From: Promethearchaeia archaeon
GTDB lineage: Archaea > Asgardarchaeota > Lokiarchaeia > Sigyniarchaeales > SOKP01
Length of the DNA: 64,000 bases
NCBI GenBank assembly: GCA_029856155.1
Contig: JAHQWL010000002.1
Span: 1 to 64,000, forward strand
Direction: 5' to 3'
A model generated the notes under the pieces. The model saw only the letters and a program-made list of their open reading frames with translations, was not told the origin of the DNA and ran no database searches. Within the stretch, counting starts at the first letter, position 1. The number at the start of each line of letters is the position of its first letter. This document shows positions 48,497-58,574 of the stretch, in pieces. The position numbers and the translations under genes were made by a program.

Positions 48497-49606
48497 ATGA
48501 CTGTTAAAGCAGTTTCAAAAACATTTGAAGATTTAATAATAGAGGTCCATGAAAAAGGATTATGTGGAGAATGTGGTGGATGTGTTAGTTTTTGTTCAGC
48601 CGGGGATATTAAAGCTATTGAAATGTCAGAATCAGGACCCCCTAAATATATAAACAAAGACAAGTGTCTTAAGTGTGGTATTTGTTATTTTATATGTCCT
48701 CAAACTCATGTCCTTAATGATCAGTTAAATAAAAAATTTAATTATGATCCTCCTATAGGAAATCAGCTAAAAATAGCTTCTTGTCATGCTTCATCTGAAG
48801 AAATTAGAAAAAGAGCAACTGATGGTGGAGTGGTCACAGCAATTTTAAACTATTTATTAGATAATAAGTTAATTGATGGAGCAGTAGTCTGTAAAAGGAA
48901 AGGTCCTTTTAATCGGGTTTCATTTTTAGCAACAAATAAAGAAGATTTAATTGAAGCTTCTGGTTCTCATTTTGACTTTTCTAGCCAAGTAGTTGGATTA
49001 GAAAAATATAACACATTCATAGCTGCTAATATAGAGCTGAAAAAAGTCAGGAGTTCTGACTTATTAAATCTAGCTGTTGTCGGCACTCCATGTCAAATTA
49101 ATTCAATTAGAAAAATGCAAGAATTAAGTATTCTACCCGCCCATATTGTTAAGTATACATTTGGTCTGTTTTGTTATCTGAACTTCTCATTCAATGATGA
49201 AGATAGGAAAAAACTCGAAGAAAAATTCAATTTTTCATTTGAAGATGTTGAAAGTATGAACGTGCGAGAAGATCTTATATTATACTTTAAAAATGGAAAT
49301 ACTTTGAAAATTCCATTTTCAGATTTACATGATATTGGAAGACCAGCTTGTTATGCATGTCCTGATTTTTCCAACATATATGCTGATATTTCTTTTGGTG
49401 GCCTTGGTTCACCAGAAAAATTAACGACTGCAATAATTAGGACAAAAATTGGTGAAAAAGTCTATAATAATGCTCTAAATAAAGGATACATAAAAGAACC
49501 TATTGAGTTAAATAGACCAAATAATAAAATGGAATTGTTGGCTAAAGTAAAGGAATGGAGCAATAAGAAACTCGAAAGAGCAGAAAAAACTTTAAAGAAT
49601 AAATAG
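48497..49606 (+). CDS. Second FrhB/FdhB-family subunit with N-terminal ferredoxin
   Basis: CGECGGC, CLKCGICYFICP, TDGG, GTPCQ, GLFC and CYACPDF...ADISFG. Confidence 0.88.
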   Translation: MTVKAVSKTFEDLIIEVHEKGLCGECGGCVSFCSAGDIKAIEMSESGPPKYINKDKCLKCGICYFICPQTHVLNDQLNKKFNYDPPIGNQLKIASCHASSEEIRKRATDGGVVTAILNYLLDNKLIDGAVVCKRKGPFNRVSFLATNKEDLIEASGSHFDFSSQVVGLEKYNTFIAANIELKKVRSSDLLNLAVVGTPCQINSIRKMQELSILPAHIVKYTFGLFCYLNFSFNDEDRKKLEEKFNFSFEDVESMNVREDLILYFKNGNTLKIPFSDLHDIGRPACYACPDFSNIYADISFGGLGSPEKLTTAIIRTKIGEKVYNNALNKGYIKEPIELNRPNNKMELLAKVKEWSNKKLERAEKTLKNK

Positions 49607-49650
49607 AACTTTAAAACTTGACTCTGTACTTGGATTAAAGCTCTCTTCTT

Positions 49651-49800
49651 TTATATCTGACTTTTTTTATATTGATTTATTATCCGATTCAGATTTAGGG
49701 TTTTCTGTTTTTCTAAATAACGTTTTTTAATAGGCGCTTGTCTATATTGTCTGAAATATTCCCACACTTCACGCTTCATTTCTAATGTTTCAGTCTTCAT
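49651..49800 (-). CDS. Possible small basic protein (49 aa), not in the ORF track
   Basis: Hand translation MKTETLEMKREVWEYFRQYRQAPIKKRYLEKQKTLNLNRIINQYKKSQI*. Fills an otherwise empty intergenic gap. Confidence 0.4.
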   Translation of the reverse strand: MKTETLEMKREVWEYFRQYRQAPIKKRYLEKQKTLNLNRIINQYKKSQI

Positions 49801-49898
49801 CTTAATAAATATTTTTAATTCTTTTCTTATTGAATAAAAAATGAAGTACCAGTTATTTATTATATTTTTAGTCCAATTTTTAAGATTGATATTTAACT

Positions 49899-50873
49899 CT
49901 ATATTTCAAAGATATTTCCAGTATTATAGATAGTACTATCCAATTCGAGAATAATTTGTCCTCCCGAAGCTATTTTGATAGCATAGTTTATACCCTCTAA
50001 GACTCTATGCATCATAAATTCATAGGCTCTAAAACAGTCATCAAGTTGCGACATACGTTTTTCAGCATAACATTGTGAGATTGCAGGAATTAATTCTGGA
50101 ATGAAATCCTGACTTATCATCATTTCTTCTACATCAATCATTGCCTCAGCTGTGGTTATAAATGGTTTATAAACATCCATTTGAGCAAACATTACTCTAC
50201 AAACAAAAATAGAAGCTTTAATCTCTTTCATAATAAACTTAATCCTATTTTTATCATCAAGATACTTTTTAAAAGTAATAGCGTTGATTATATCTTCATT
50301 TGTTATAATTTTAGATGTATCCATTAATTTACTCACTCTCTCTGACATTCTCTTTGAAGATAACATTAATTTAAGATTCATTATATTCTTCTCATAATAA
50401 TCCTCATAAAAAGAGGAAAGAAATTTATGGGCTCCCAAATGCTCTTTATCTTCAGATATTTCCAAGTTATATTTTTTCTCTTTAAATTTGTCCATAAAAT
50501 TCTTAATAATTAAGAACTTCAATTTTAAACGATGCAAAGCTAAAAATAAACATAATCTTGTTTTTGTATACGCCTCCACATTCCCCATCCTAAACCTATC
50601 GTGATGATCTCTTTCATACATAACAATTGGTTTCAGCTTACTTACAATAACATCGATAAAATATTCAATGATGTGTTCAAGTGGTTCGCAATCTATTACT
50701 CGAAATTTTTCTATTAATTTTTCGCTTGATGGTTGACTTTCTGGTAATTCCTTGATTTCATCATAATTATAATATTCCAGAAAAAGAGAAGTAAAGGCTT
50801 CCATTTCTAAGACTGTTCGACAAGGAATAAAAACCTTGTTTAAATCATATAAGATAGTTCCACTTTCGGGCAT
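49899..50873 (-). CDS. Hypothetical protein (324 aa), divergent from actin
   Basis: Long non-overlapping ORF, soluble and helical-looking. No motif recognised. Confidence 0.8.
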   Translation of the reverse strand: MPESGTILYDLNKVFIPCRTVLEMEAFTSLFLEYYNYDEIKELPESQPSSEKLIEKFRVIDCEPLEHIIEYFIDVIVSKLKPIVMYERDHHDRFRMGNVEAYTKTRLCLFLALHRLKLKFLIIKNFMDKFKEKKYNLEISEDKEHLGAHKFLSSFYEDYYEKNIMNLKLMLSSKRMSERVSKLMDTSKIITNEDIINAITFKKYLDDKNRIKFIMKEIKASIFVCRVMFAQMDVYKPFITTAEAMIDVEEMMISQDFIPELIPAISQCYAEKRMSQLDDCFRAYEFMMHRVLEGINYAIKIASGGQIILELDSTIYNTGNIFEI

Positions 50874-51339
50874 ATATAAAACTCCGTTTTAATCAAATTT
50901 ATGAATTATGAGAAAAAACCCTCATTATTATCAAGTAATATTTAGATCTTTCATCAATAATAAGTTTATTATAGAATTTTCAATAGAAAATTTACTATAT
51001 TTTCTATTTTTGTTTTCAAAATTGTTATATCAAAATAAACTAATTGAAGTTGAACATAAAATTTGTTGTCCTAAACGACTAAAAATTGACTAAATTTGTA
51101 CATATACTTAAAAGCGATTTTACATACATTTATAATGATTTTTTGTTTTGTATTCAAAAAATTTATAAAGAAGTTTCTTTATTATTATGTTAATTTTAAT
51201 CTTGAAATTTATCAATTTACCGATAAATAATAAGGAAAAAATTGACAATAAATTTTTTAAAAAAATAGTTAAAATAATATAATCGAAGAAATTAACCGAA
51301 TAAAAAAAAATAATTAAAATTAAGAGCTGAATTAGAAAA

Positions 51340-52485
51340 ATGGCAGAGGAAGAAAGCTTTTTGAACGCAAAAGCCCTGGTTGTAGACAATGGTACCGGAA
51401 TCTCCAAGAATGGATTTGCTGGTGAGGATCAACCAAGGTCGGTCTTTCCTACACTAATTGGTTATCCTAAGTATGAAAGCATCATGACTGATGTTGAACA
51501 TTATACTCGGGAATATTATATTGGTGAAGAAGCTATGCAATTAAAAGGCGTTTTAAAGTTAATGTTCCCTGTTGAACATGGTATCATTGAAGACTGGACT
51601 GCAATGGAGAAAATCTGGCACTATACCTTTTATACTGACTTGCGTATCGATCCAAGTGAACATCCAGTACTTTTGACTGAAGCACCATTAAATCCACGGC
51701 CAAACCGTGAAAAAATGGCTGAAATTATGTTTGAGACTTTTAATACACCTGCTCTTTATGTAGCAATGCAAGCAGTATTGAGTCTTTATGCTTCTGGTCG
51801 TACTACTGGATGTGTTATAGATATTGGTGATGGAGTTTCCCACGTTGTACCAATTTTCGAGGGATTCGCCTTAAGCCACGCTATCCAAAGAATCGATCTA
51901 GCAGGCCGAGATATTACAACGTATTTACAAAGACTTCTTCGACAAAAGGGATATTCTTTCACAACATCAGCAGAAAAAGAAATAGTTCGAGACATCAAGG
52001 AAAAATTATGCTATGTAGCAATCGATCCTGAAAAAGAAATGATGCTTTCTAAGAAAGTAGCCGGGATGGAAAAGAGTTATATGCTTCCTGATGGAGAAAC
52101 TATTAATGTTGGTGTCGAAAGATTCCTTGCTCCTGAATGTTTCTTTAATCCGAGCGTAATCGGTAAGGAATTAGAACCTCTTGATGATGTTATCGTAGGC
52201 GCCATTTCTGAATGTGATGTTGATTTACGCCGAGATCTCTATTCAAACATCGTTCTTTCGGGCGGAAGTACTATGTTCCCGGGAATAAAAGAAAGATTAA
52301 CTAAGGAAATAAAAGAGCAAATCCCAGAGAGCGTAGACGTCAAGATAATTGCCCCACCTGAGCGTATGTATTCTGTCTGGATTGGAGGTTCAATTTTGAG
52401 TTCATTAAAGACATTTCATAGGATGTGGGTAACTCGACGCGAATATAAGGAGATGGGACCACAAGTCATCCACCGATGCTTCTAA
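51340..52485 (+). CDS. Asgard actin (Lokiactin type)
   Basis: [68 protein letters not shown] and terminal HRCF. Confidence 0.98.
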   Translation: MAEEESFLNAKALVVDNGTGISKNGFAGEDQPRSVFPTLIGYPKYESIMTDVEHYTREYYIGEEAMQLKGVLKLMFPVEHGIIEDWTAMEKIWHYTFYTDLRIDPSEHPVLLTEAPLNPRPNREKMAEIMFETFNTPALYVAMQAVLSLYASGRTTGCVIDIGDGVSHVVPIFEGFALSHAIQRIDLAGRDITTYLQRLLRQKGYSFTTSAEKEIVRDIKEKLCYVAIDPEKEMMLSKKVAGMEKSYMLPDGETINVGVERFLAPECFFNPSVIGKELEPLDDVIVGAISECDVDLRRDLYSNIVLSGGSTMFPGIKERLTKEIKEQIPESVDVKIIAPPERMYSVWIGGSILSSLKTFHRMWVTRREYKEMGPQVIHRCF

Positions 52486-52640
52486 AGCGTCATAGATTTT
52501 ACCAAAAGTCAAACGGGAATAAATTTTATAAGTTTTTTATTTTTCTTTTTTTATTGTATTTTTACTGATTAGATTTAAACTAGGTCTTTCATATGTTATA
52601 AATTAATAGAGTAAAAGTTTAAGATTCATTTTTATATAAA

Positions 52641-54083
52641 ATGGAGCTAAATCCAGATTTTATAAAAGAAAAGTTAGAGCAAATAGGAAGGAGAGAAGGT
52701 CTAGCTCTTTTAAGAGAATGGATTGACAGTTCAAGTGATACAGTCATACGACAGAAAGCTCTAAAAAACTATGGTTTAATTGAAGAGGGTAGAAATTTCA
52801 AATTTTTTGAACAATTATTTCTATCCGATGAAAATCTTCAAATTAGATTAATTGCGGGACAAATTTTAAAAGATAAGTATTCGAACAATAAGAAATTGAT
52901 CTCATTGTTGGAATATACGTTAAATAAAGGTGATAACGTAGAATTGCAACTTTTTACAGTAAGAACCTTAAATTCACTAAATAGTCTAAAGGCACGAAAA
53001 GTAGTAATAGATTATCTTAAGGATTTAATTAAAAATGAATTTAGCGATAAAACTAGTAAGTTTCTTCAAAAAATCTACAACTTTAATCCTAAAGACTCCA
53101 TCCCTGAAGCCTTTCTTGAAGTATGTATTAATTTAATTTTAAATGAGTTTTATACAAAAAAATGTGGATATCATGTGACTTTAAGAAAGGGAAAAATTTA
53201 TGCATTAAATTGCGAGAGCTCTAATTTAAAAAAAATCTCTGATATTCTAGGATTAAATAGCTTGGTTGATTTAGAACATCTTCAATTAGAGCGAAACAAA
53301 CTTGAAAGTAATGATGGTATCCAAATTTTAACAAAACTGCGGACTTTAGATTTATCTTATAATAAATTAGGAGAAATTGAAAATTTAGAGAGAATAAATA
53401 ATTTAGAAGAATTAAATTTAGCGAATAATAAAATTCGTAGAATAAATAACTTAGATTCTTTACATAATTTGAAAAAATTATCTCTAAATAATAATCAAAT
53501 TAAAGAAATTAACAATTTGACTAATTTAGAAAAATTAATAGAATTAAACTTCAGCCATAATTGTATTTCAGAAATTAAAAATTTAGATCGCTTAGTGGAG
53601 TTAAATAGATTAAATCTTGCTTATAATCAAATTGAGCAAATAGGGGGACTTAATAATTTAAAAAATTTAATGTGGTTATACCTTAATGATAATAGAATTA
53701 CTCAAATTAGTAATTTGTCAGCTCTTTATAAATTGAAAGGGTTGTATCTCTCAAATAATTTAATAGAAAATATAAAATCTCTTGATAACTTAGTGAACTT
53801 AAAAAAAGTAGAACTTTCTAATAATTTGATTAAAAAAATTGATGGATTAATAACATTACATAATTTACAGGAATTATATTTGGATAACAATAATATAAAA
53901 GAATTAGAAGGCCTAGATGGCTTGCAAAATCTAATTATGTTACATTTAGGCCGAAATCAAATATCACAATTTAACAATGAAAACATAGAAAGCCTGAAAA
54001 ACCTGAATTTCTTATTTTTAAACGAGAATCCTTTAGATAATAATAGTTGGGAACAATTCAAGAAGAGATTTAAGTATCCCTGA
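52641..54083 (+). CDS. Leucine-rich repeat protein (SDS22-like 22-residue LRRs) with N-terminal HEAT-like region
   Basis: About 11-12 repeats of LxxLxLxxNxIxxIxxLxxLxx from residue ~210. Confidence 0.92.
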   Translation: MELNPDFIKEKLEQIGRREGLALLREWIDSSSDTVIRQKALKNYGLIEEGRNFKFFEQLFLSDENLQIRLIAGQILKDKYSNNKKLISLLEYTLNKGDNVELQLFTVRTLNSLNSLKARKVVIDYLKDLIKNEFSDKTSKFLQKIYNFNPKDSIPEAFLEVCINLILNEFYTKKCGYHVTLRKGKIYALNCESSNLKKISDILGLNSLVDLEHLQLERNKLESNDGIQILTKLRTLDLSYNKLGEIENLERINNLEELNLANNKIRRINNLDSLHNLKKLSLNNNQIKEINNLTNLEKLIELNFSHNCISEIKNLDRLVELNRLNLAYNQIEQIGGLNNLKNLMWLYLNDNRITQISNLSALYKLKGLYLSNNLIENIKSLDNLVNLKKVELSNNLIKKIDGLITLHNLQELYLDNNNIKELEGLDGLQNLIMLHLGRNQISQFNNENIESLKNLNFLFLNENPLDNNSWEQFKKRFKYP

Positions 54084-54176
54084 GTTTAAAAGCATATTGT
54101 TATTAATAAGTTTGTATATAAGAATATCTTCTTCTCATTTAGCTATGTAAGTTTGTTAAAAATCAATCTGAACGGT

Positions 54177-54743
54177 CTATTTATTTTTTTCGAGATAGTC
54201 GTCTATCCATAATTCCATCATAACCTCGTCGATATACTCTGACTCCATAAAAAATTGTTTTTTTCTTATACCTACAACCTCAAAGCCAATCTGCGAGAAA
54301 AGATGAAGAGCTCTCTCGTTAGTTGAGAAGGTACTAAGGATTATTTTTTCTTTATTATTTAATTTCTTTGATTCTCGGATGGCAAAATCAATAAGATTCC
54401 TTCCTATGGTTAAATCTCTATACTTATCTCTTATAATGATTCCTAGAACTCCGACATGCTCAGATGCCTCCCATTCACAATTCAGTATTTCGCACTGTCC
54501 AATAATATTATAAGGTGTTTTAAGGTCGAGGTTTTCACCGACAATACAAATTTCATTTTCTTTTTTAATATTGCGATACCATGAATCTTTCTCTAATTGA
54601 GATCTCACAGGAAAAAATACGGGTAAATAAATACCCTCTTCTATTACTTCATTAAAATTATACCAAACACCATCAACATCTAATTTAGTTAAATGTTTGA
54701 TAATAATATTTTCTCCAGATTTTAATTCTAAGACCTTTTTCAT
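54177..54743 (-). CDS. GNAT-family N-acetyltransferase
   Basis: YRDLTIGRNL (degenerate motif A) and NERALHLFSQIGF (motif B). Confidence 0.85.
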   Translation of the reverse strand: MKKVLELKSGENIIIKHLTKLDVDGVWYNFNEVIEEGIYLPVFFPVRSQLEKDSWYRNIKKENEICIVGENLDLKTPYNIIGQCEILNCEWEASEHVGVLGIIIRDKYRDLTIGRNLIDFAIRESKKLNNKEKIILSTFSTNERALHLFSQIGFEVVGIRKKQFFMESEYIDEVMMELWIDDYLEKNK

Positions 54744-54770
54744 TATTTAATAAAAAATTTTTTTAATTAT

Positions 54771-55226
54771 ATGCCTTATGGTAATAATATGGAAAATAAA
54801 AATGATAAACCATCTCAAAAAGAGAGCGAAGATAAAGATAAAGTTAATGACAAATCAAAAAAAACCGTAGCAAAAGATTTAGTTACATTAAAGCACGTCG
54901 AAGTGAAAAAACAAGAAATAAGCCCAGAAGCAAGAGATCTCGCACAAACTCTAAAGGAGCGCTATCTAGAGCATGATCAATTCGAAAGACTTTCAAATGA
55001 TGAACTTACAATCCTTGAAACATTTATGGATAAAAGATTATTTTTAGAGCGAATCGCTATAATCGCCAACCAGTCAAGAATACCTTTAGGAATCCCTGGT
55101 TTTAAAAAAGCAGAATTAGAAGAAATTCTTGAGAATTTAATTTCAAAAGGCTATATAGAATCTCAAATGGTTGGCGAAAAAAGCGTTTACTTTTTAACTG
55201 AACGAGGAAAATATCGCATTCAATAA
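54771..55226 (+). CDS. Hypothetical protein with C-terminal winged-helix domain
   Basis: Charged disordered N-terminus. LENLISKGYI...YFLTERG is a wHTH wing motif. Confidence 0.7.
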   Translation: MPYGNNMENKNDKPSQKESEDKDKVNDKSKKTVAKDLVTLKHVEVKKQEISPEARDLAQTLKERYLEHDQFERLSNDELTILETFMDKRLFLERIAIIANQSRIPLGIPGFKKAELEEILENLISKGYIESQMVGEKSVYFLTERGKYRIQ

Positions 55227-55328
55227 TTTATTTAATTTTTATAGGTTTGATCTCATTAACATTTTTCTATTCATAAAAATTCTATAAAGGAAGGTCTAGG
55301 GCCGAGATATATAATACAAAAGATAAGT

Positions 55329-55637
55329 TTAGTCCTTTTTTAAAATCAGTTTATTTATGGCTATATCTTGATACTCTCCACTGGGATTTTCACGTCTGAT
55401 CGTCAATGGTAAGATTCTTGATCTTAACTCTATCTGAGCGATTTTTATAGGATCTATTAAACCTTTTGGCTTTTCAATTAATATCGGAGCCCCAAATGAA
55501 ATTTGTAGAGCCCTTGCCCCCACTATCCTTGCTTTTTCGTATCTAGTTAAAAATATCGGTCCAATCTTTACATATTTTCTGACTTTCTTATATTCTTTAC
55601 GTAATTCTCGAGACTCTAAGAAACTAGACATGACCAA
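55329..55637 (-). CDS. rpoK: DNA-directed RNA polymerase subunit Rpo6 (K)
   Basis: LTRYEKARIVGARALQIS signature and LPLTIRR. Confidence 0.96.
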   Translation of the reverse strand: MVMSSFLESRELRKEYKKVRKYVKIGPIFLTRYEKARIVGARALQISFGAPILIEKPKGLIDPIKIAQIELRSRILPLTIRRENPSGEYQDIAINKLILKKD

Positions 55638-55778
55638 AACTAAAAAAGGAGTAATTTAAAACTTTAAAATATTTGATTTCATATAACTTTTTTGTTTTTT
55701 GCCTTCTTAAGACAAATTTAGAATTTTAATCGTTATCTAATTCTTCTAAAGAGAATTCTTAAGTTCCCATGAAATAAT

Positions 55779-55902
55779 TGCGCAAGGGGGGATTTACGGA
55801 CCCATCGATTTGAATAGGCGTTTCGAACCCCCGATCTACACGGTCTACTCCTAAAATTTTATTAGTGTGAGCGTGTCGTTATAGCCGCTAAACCACTCGC
55901 GC
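55779..55902 (-). tRNA. tRNA-Val(CAC) with two introns (22 nt in anticodon loop, 29 nt in T-loop)
   Basis: Acceptor stem GCGCGAG/CTTGCGC+A, anticodon stem ACACG/CGTGT, T-stem GGGGG/CCCCC. Removing 55844-55865 and 55793-55821 leaves a 73-nt cloverleaf with loops CTCACAC and TTCGAAT. Confidence 0.9.
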
Positions 55903-56093
55903 TTGTTTGTATTTAAGAATAATGAGCGATACGAATTAAACATTACTTTCTTCTTTAACTATTTTAATTTATTAAATTATTGTTAATTCAATTTAAGAGT
56001 TTAGGTATTTTTCAATGATCTTATATGGTCTGGTAGTTTAAATATTTCAATTCAATTTTTTATTCAAAAGCTAAAATATTTCTATATTTACTG

Positions 56094-58439
56094 GTGATTT
56101 TCATAACTCCAAACGAAGAATTTATTTCTCACCCTCTTGTTAAGCAAAATTTAATATCTCGACGGAAATACCAAGAGAATATTTTTATTAATTGTCTAAA
56201 TAAGAACTGTTTAGTTGTCATTCCTACAGGTTTAGGTAAAACAGTCATAGCTTTAATGCTTACTGTACAAAGATTAACAGAATTCGAAGATTCAAAAGTA
56301 ATTCTTCTAGCGCCTACTAAACCTTTAGTAGAACAACATTATAAATCATTTTTAGAATTAACTAATCTTCCTGAAGAATCACTTATCTCTCTCACGGGGT
56401 CAATTGCTCCTGAAAAAAGAAAAAGTCTTTGGGTAAACATAAAAGTTGCTTTTATGACACCTCAGGTACTTCAAAATGACCTTATTTCAGGATTATACTC
56501 GATAAAAGATGTTTCCTTAATAATTTTTGATGAGTGTCATAGAGCAATAGGAGATTATGCGTATTGTTTTATAGCGAAAAAATACATTGATATCTCAAAG
56601 AATTCTCAAATATTAGGACTTACCGCAAGTCCAGGCTCAACTGAAGGTAAAATTAATGAGATTAAACAAAATTTATTTATCACCCATATCGAAATTAGGA
56701 CAGAGAAGGATTTAGATGTTAAGCCATATATTCATAAAGTAGATAATGAATGGATTAAACTTAAGCTCCCGTCTGAATTTTTAGAAGTTAAAAAGATACT
56801 CGAAGAGATGTTAAAATCTTTTTATAGAATCTTAAAAGAAAACGGTTTATTAGACTCTTATGATATATATAAAATCACTAGAAAGGATTTGTTAAAGCTA
56901 AATAATGTAATAAATCGAAAAATTTCTACAGCAAGAGATAATGATGAAAAATTCCGAATGTTTAATGCTAAAAAGGTAGCAGCTAACGCTATCCGACTAT
57001 CTCATATGACTGAATTAATAGAAACTCAAGGAGTAAGCGCTCTTAAAGATTATTTTGACAAGAATGAAGAGAAGATTAAAGATAATGCCGCAAACAAATC
57101 ATTAAAAGAATTATTTATTGATAGAAATTTTAAACAAGCTAAAAAATTTACAGAAGATCTCTATTCTAAAGGATTAGTCCATCCAAAAATTGAGAAGTTA
57201 AAAGAACTCTTAATTTATCAAATAAAAGAAAATCCTAATTCGAGAATTCTAGTTTTTTGTCATTTTAGGGATTCTGTTAATAATATAGTAAAGTATTTTG
57301 AAGAAGATGAGATAATCAAAATGCATAAGTTCGTAGGACAAGCAACAAGAGGAACAGATAAAGGATTGACACAAAAAGAACAAATAACGTTGCTTGATAA
57401 ATTTAAGGAGGGAATATATAATACTTTAGTAGGAACAAGTGTCGCTGAAGAAGGATTAGATATTGAAGAATGTGATTTAGTAATTTTTTATGATGTTGTC
57501 CCGAGTGCGATACGTTCTATTCAACGTCGTGGTCGAACAGGTAGAAAAAAAGAAGGTAAGGTTTTTATTTTAATGGCAGAAGGTACTCGAGATGAAGGAT
57601 ATTATTGGGCAGAAAAAACTAAAGAAAGGAATATGAAGGAAAGTTTAGAAAAAATTAAAAATTCTGAGGTAACATCCAAATCAGAACAATCTAATCTTCT
57701 AAATTTCATAACTAATGAAAAAAAAGATGAAATTCAATCAAAAGAAATAGATAGTCCAGATCAATTTTCGATAAAGAAGATTGAAGATGCTGATAATTTT
57801 GAGATCATCTGTGATAATCGTGAAACTGCTTCTTCAGTGGTAAGAACTTTATCACTAATAGGAATAAATTTAAAATTAGAGCAATTAGCAGTTGCAGATT
57901 ACGTTATTTCAGAAAGAGTCGGGGTAGAAAGAAAATCTGCTAAAGATTTTAATGATTCTATCATTGATGGAAGATTATTTACCGAATTAAGCGATCTCGG
58001 CGAACATTTTTCAAGGCCAATATTAATCTTAGAGGGCGACCCTTTTAAAGATTCAGCTATTAGTGAAAATGCTCTTTACGGAGCAATAACTGCTATAATG
58101 GTTAACTTAGGCATCTCAATCTATAGAACAGAAGATTCTATAGAGACGGCAATATTTTTATATCAATTAGCAAAAAAAGAACAATCAGTTACGAAATCAT
58201 CATTAAAGCTAAGATTTGATAAAGCGCCTATTGATACATCTCGTTTATTAGAATATATTGTAGCAGGAATACCTAGTGTAAATACTCTTCGGGCAAAAAG
58301 CTTACTGAAAGAATTAAAGACATTACAAAATATTTTCTTAGCTGATATTCCAGATTTAACGAAAATTGAGAATGTTGGTAAAAAAATTGCTCAACAAATT
58401 TATAAAATTGGCAGATATAAATATAAAAATGAGTCCTAA
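56094..58439 (+). CDS. hef: Hef/FANCM-like helicase-nuclease (SF2 helicase + ERCC4/XPF nuclease + HhH)
   Basis: PTGLGKT, DECH, TASPG, EEGLDI and QRRGRTGR. Nuclease motif ADY...VERK and C-terminal HhH. Confidence 0.95.
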   Translation: MIFITPNEEFISHPLVKQNLISRRKYQENIFINCLNKNCLVVIPTGLGKTVIALMLTVQRLTEFEDSKVILLAPTKPLVEQHYKSFLELTNLPEESLISLTGSIAPEKRKSLWVNIKVAFMTPQVLQNDLISGLYSIKDVSLIIFDECHRAIGDYAYCFIAKKYIDISKNSQILGLTASPGSTEGKINEIKQNLFITHIEIRTEKDLDVKPYIHKVDNEWIKLKLPSEFLEVKKILEEMLKSFYRILKENGLLDSYDIYKITRKDLLKLNNVINRKISTARDNDEKFRMFNAKKVAANAIRLSHMTELIETQGVSALKDYFDKNEEKIKDNAANKSLKELFIDRNFKQAKKFTEDLYSKGLVHPKIEKLKELLIYQIKENPNSRILVFCHFRDSVNNIVKYFEEDEIIKMHKFVGQATRGTDKGLTQKEQITLLDKFKEGIYNTLVGTSVAEEGLDIEECDLVIFYDVVPSAIRSIQRRGRTGRKKEGKVFILMAEGTRDEGYYWAEKTKERNMKESLEKIKNSEVTSKSEQSNLLNFITNEKKDEIQSKEIDSPDQFSIKKIEDADNFEIICDNRETASSVVRTLSLIGINLKLEQLAVADYVISERVGVERKSAKDFNDSIIDGRLFTELSDLGEHFSRPILILEGDPFKDSAISENALYGAITAIMVNLGISIYRTEDSIETAIFLYQLAKKEQSVTKSSLKLRFDKAPIDTSRLLEYIVAGIPSVNTLRAKSLLKELKTLQNIFLADIPDLTKIENVGKKIAQQIYKIGRYKYKNES

Positions 58440-58574
58440 ATTCGAATAATAATAAAATCCCTAATTTATTAAAACAATAAAAAAGATTTTTTATATTTTC
58501 AATAATAATTTATAATATTATTGAATTTTATTGAATAAGGATGCATGTTCAAAAAAAGTTGAGCGAGAGAGGAT

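Noticed and set aside
35730-49606. Selenocysteine recoding in HdrA/MvhD, known selenoprotein families in Lokiarchaeia
   Set aside because: The ORFs are full length, with Cys at the motif positions and no internal TGA.
50908-51407. 61-aa (+) and 95-aa (-) ORFs upstream of actin
   Set aside because: Composition (F/I/K/L/N) mirrors AT-rich intergenic DNA, and one overlaps the actin start antisense.
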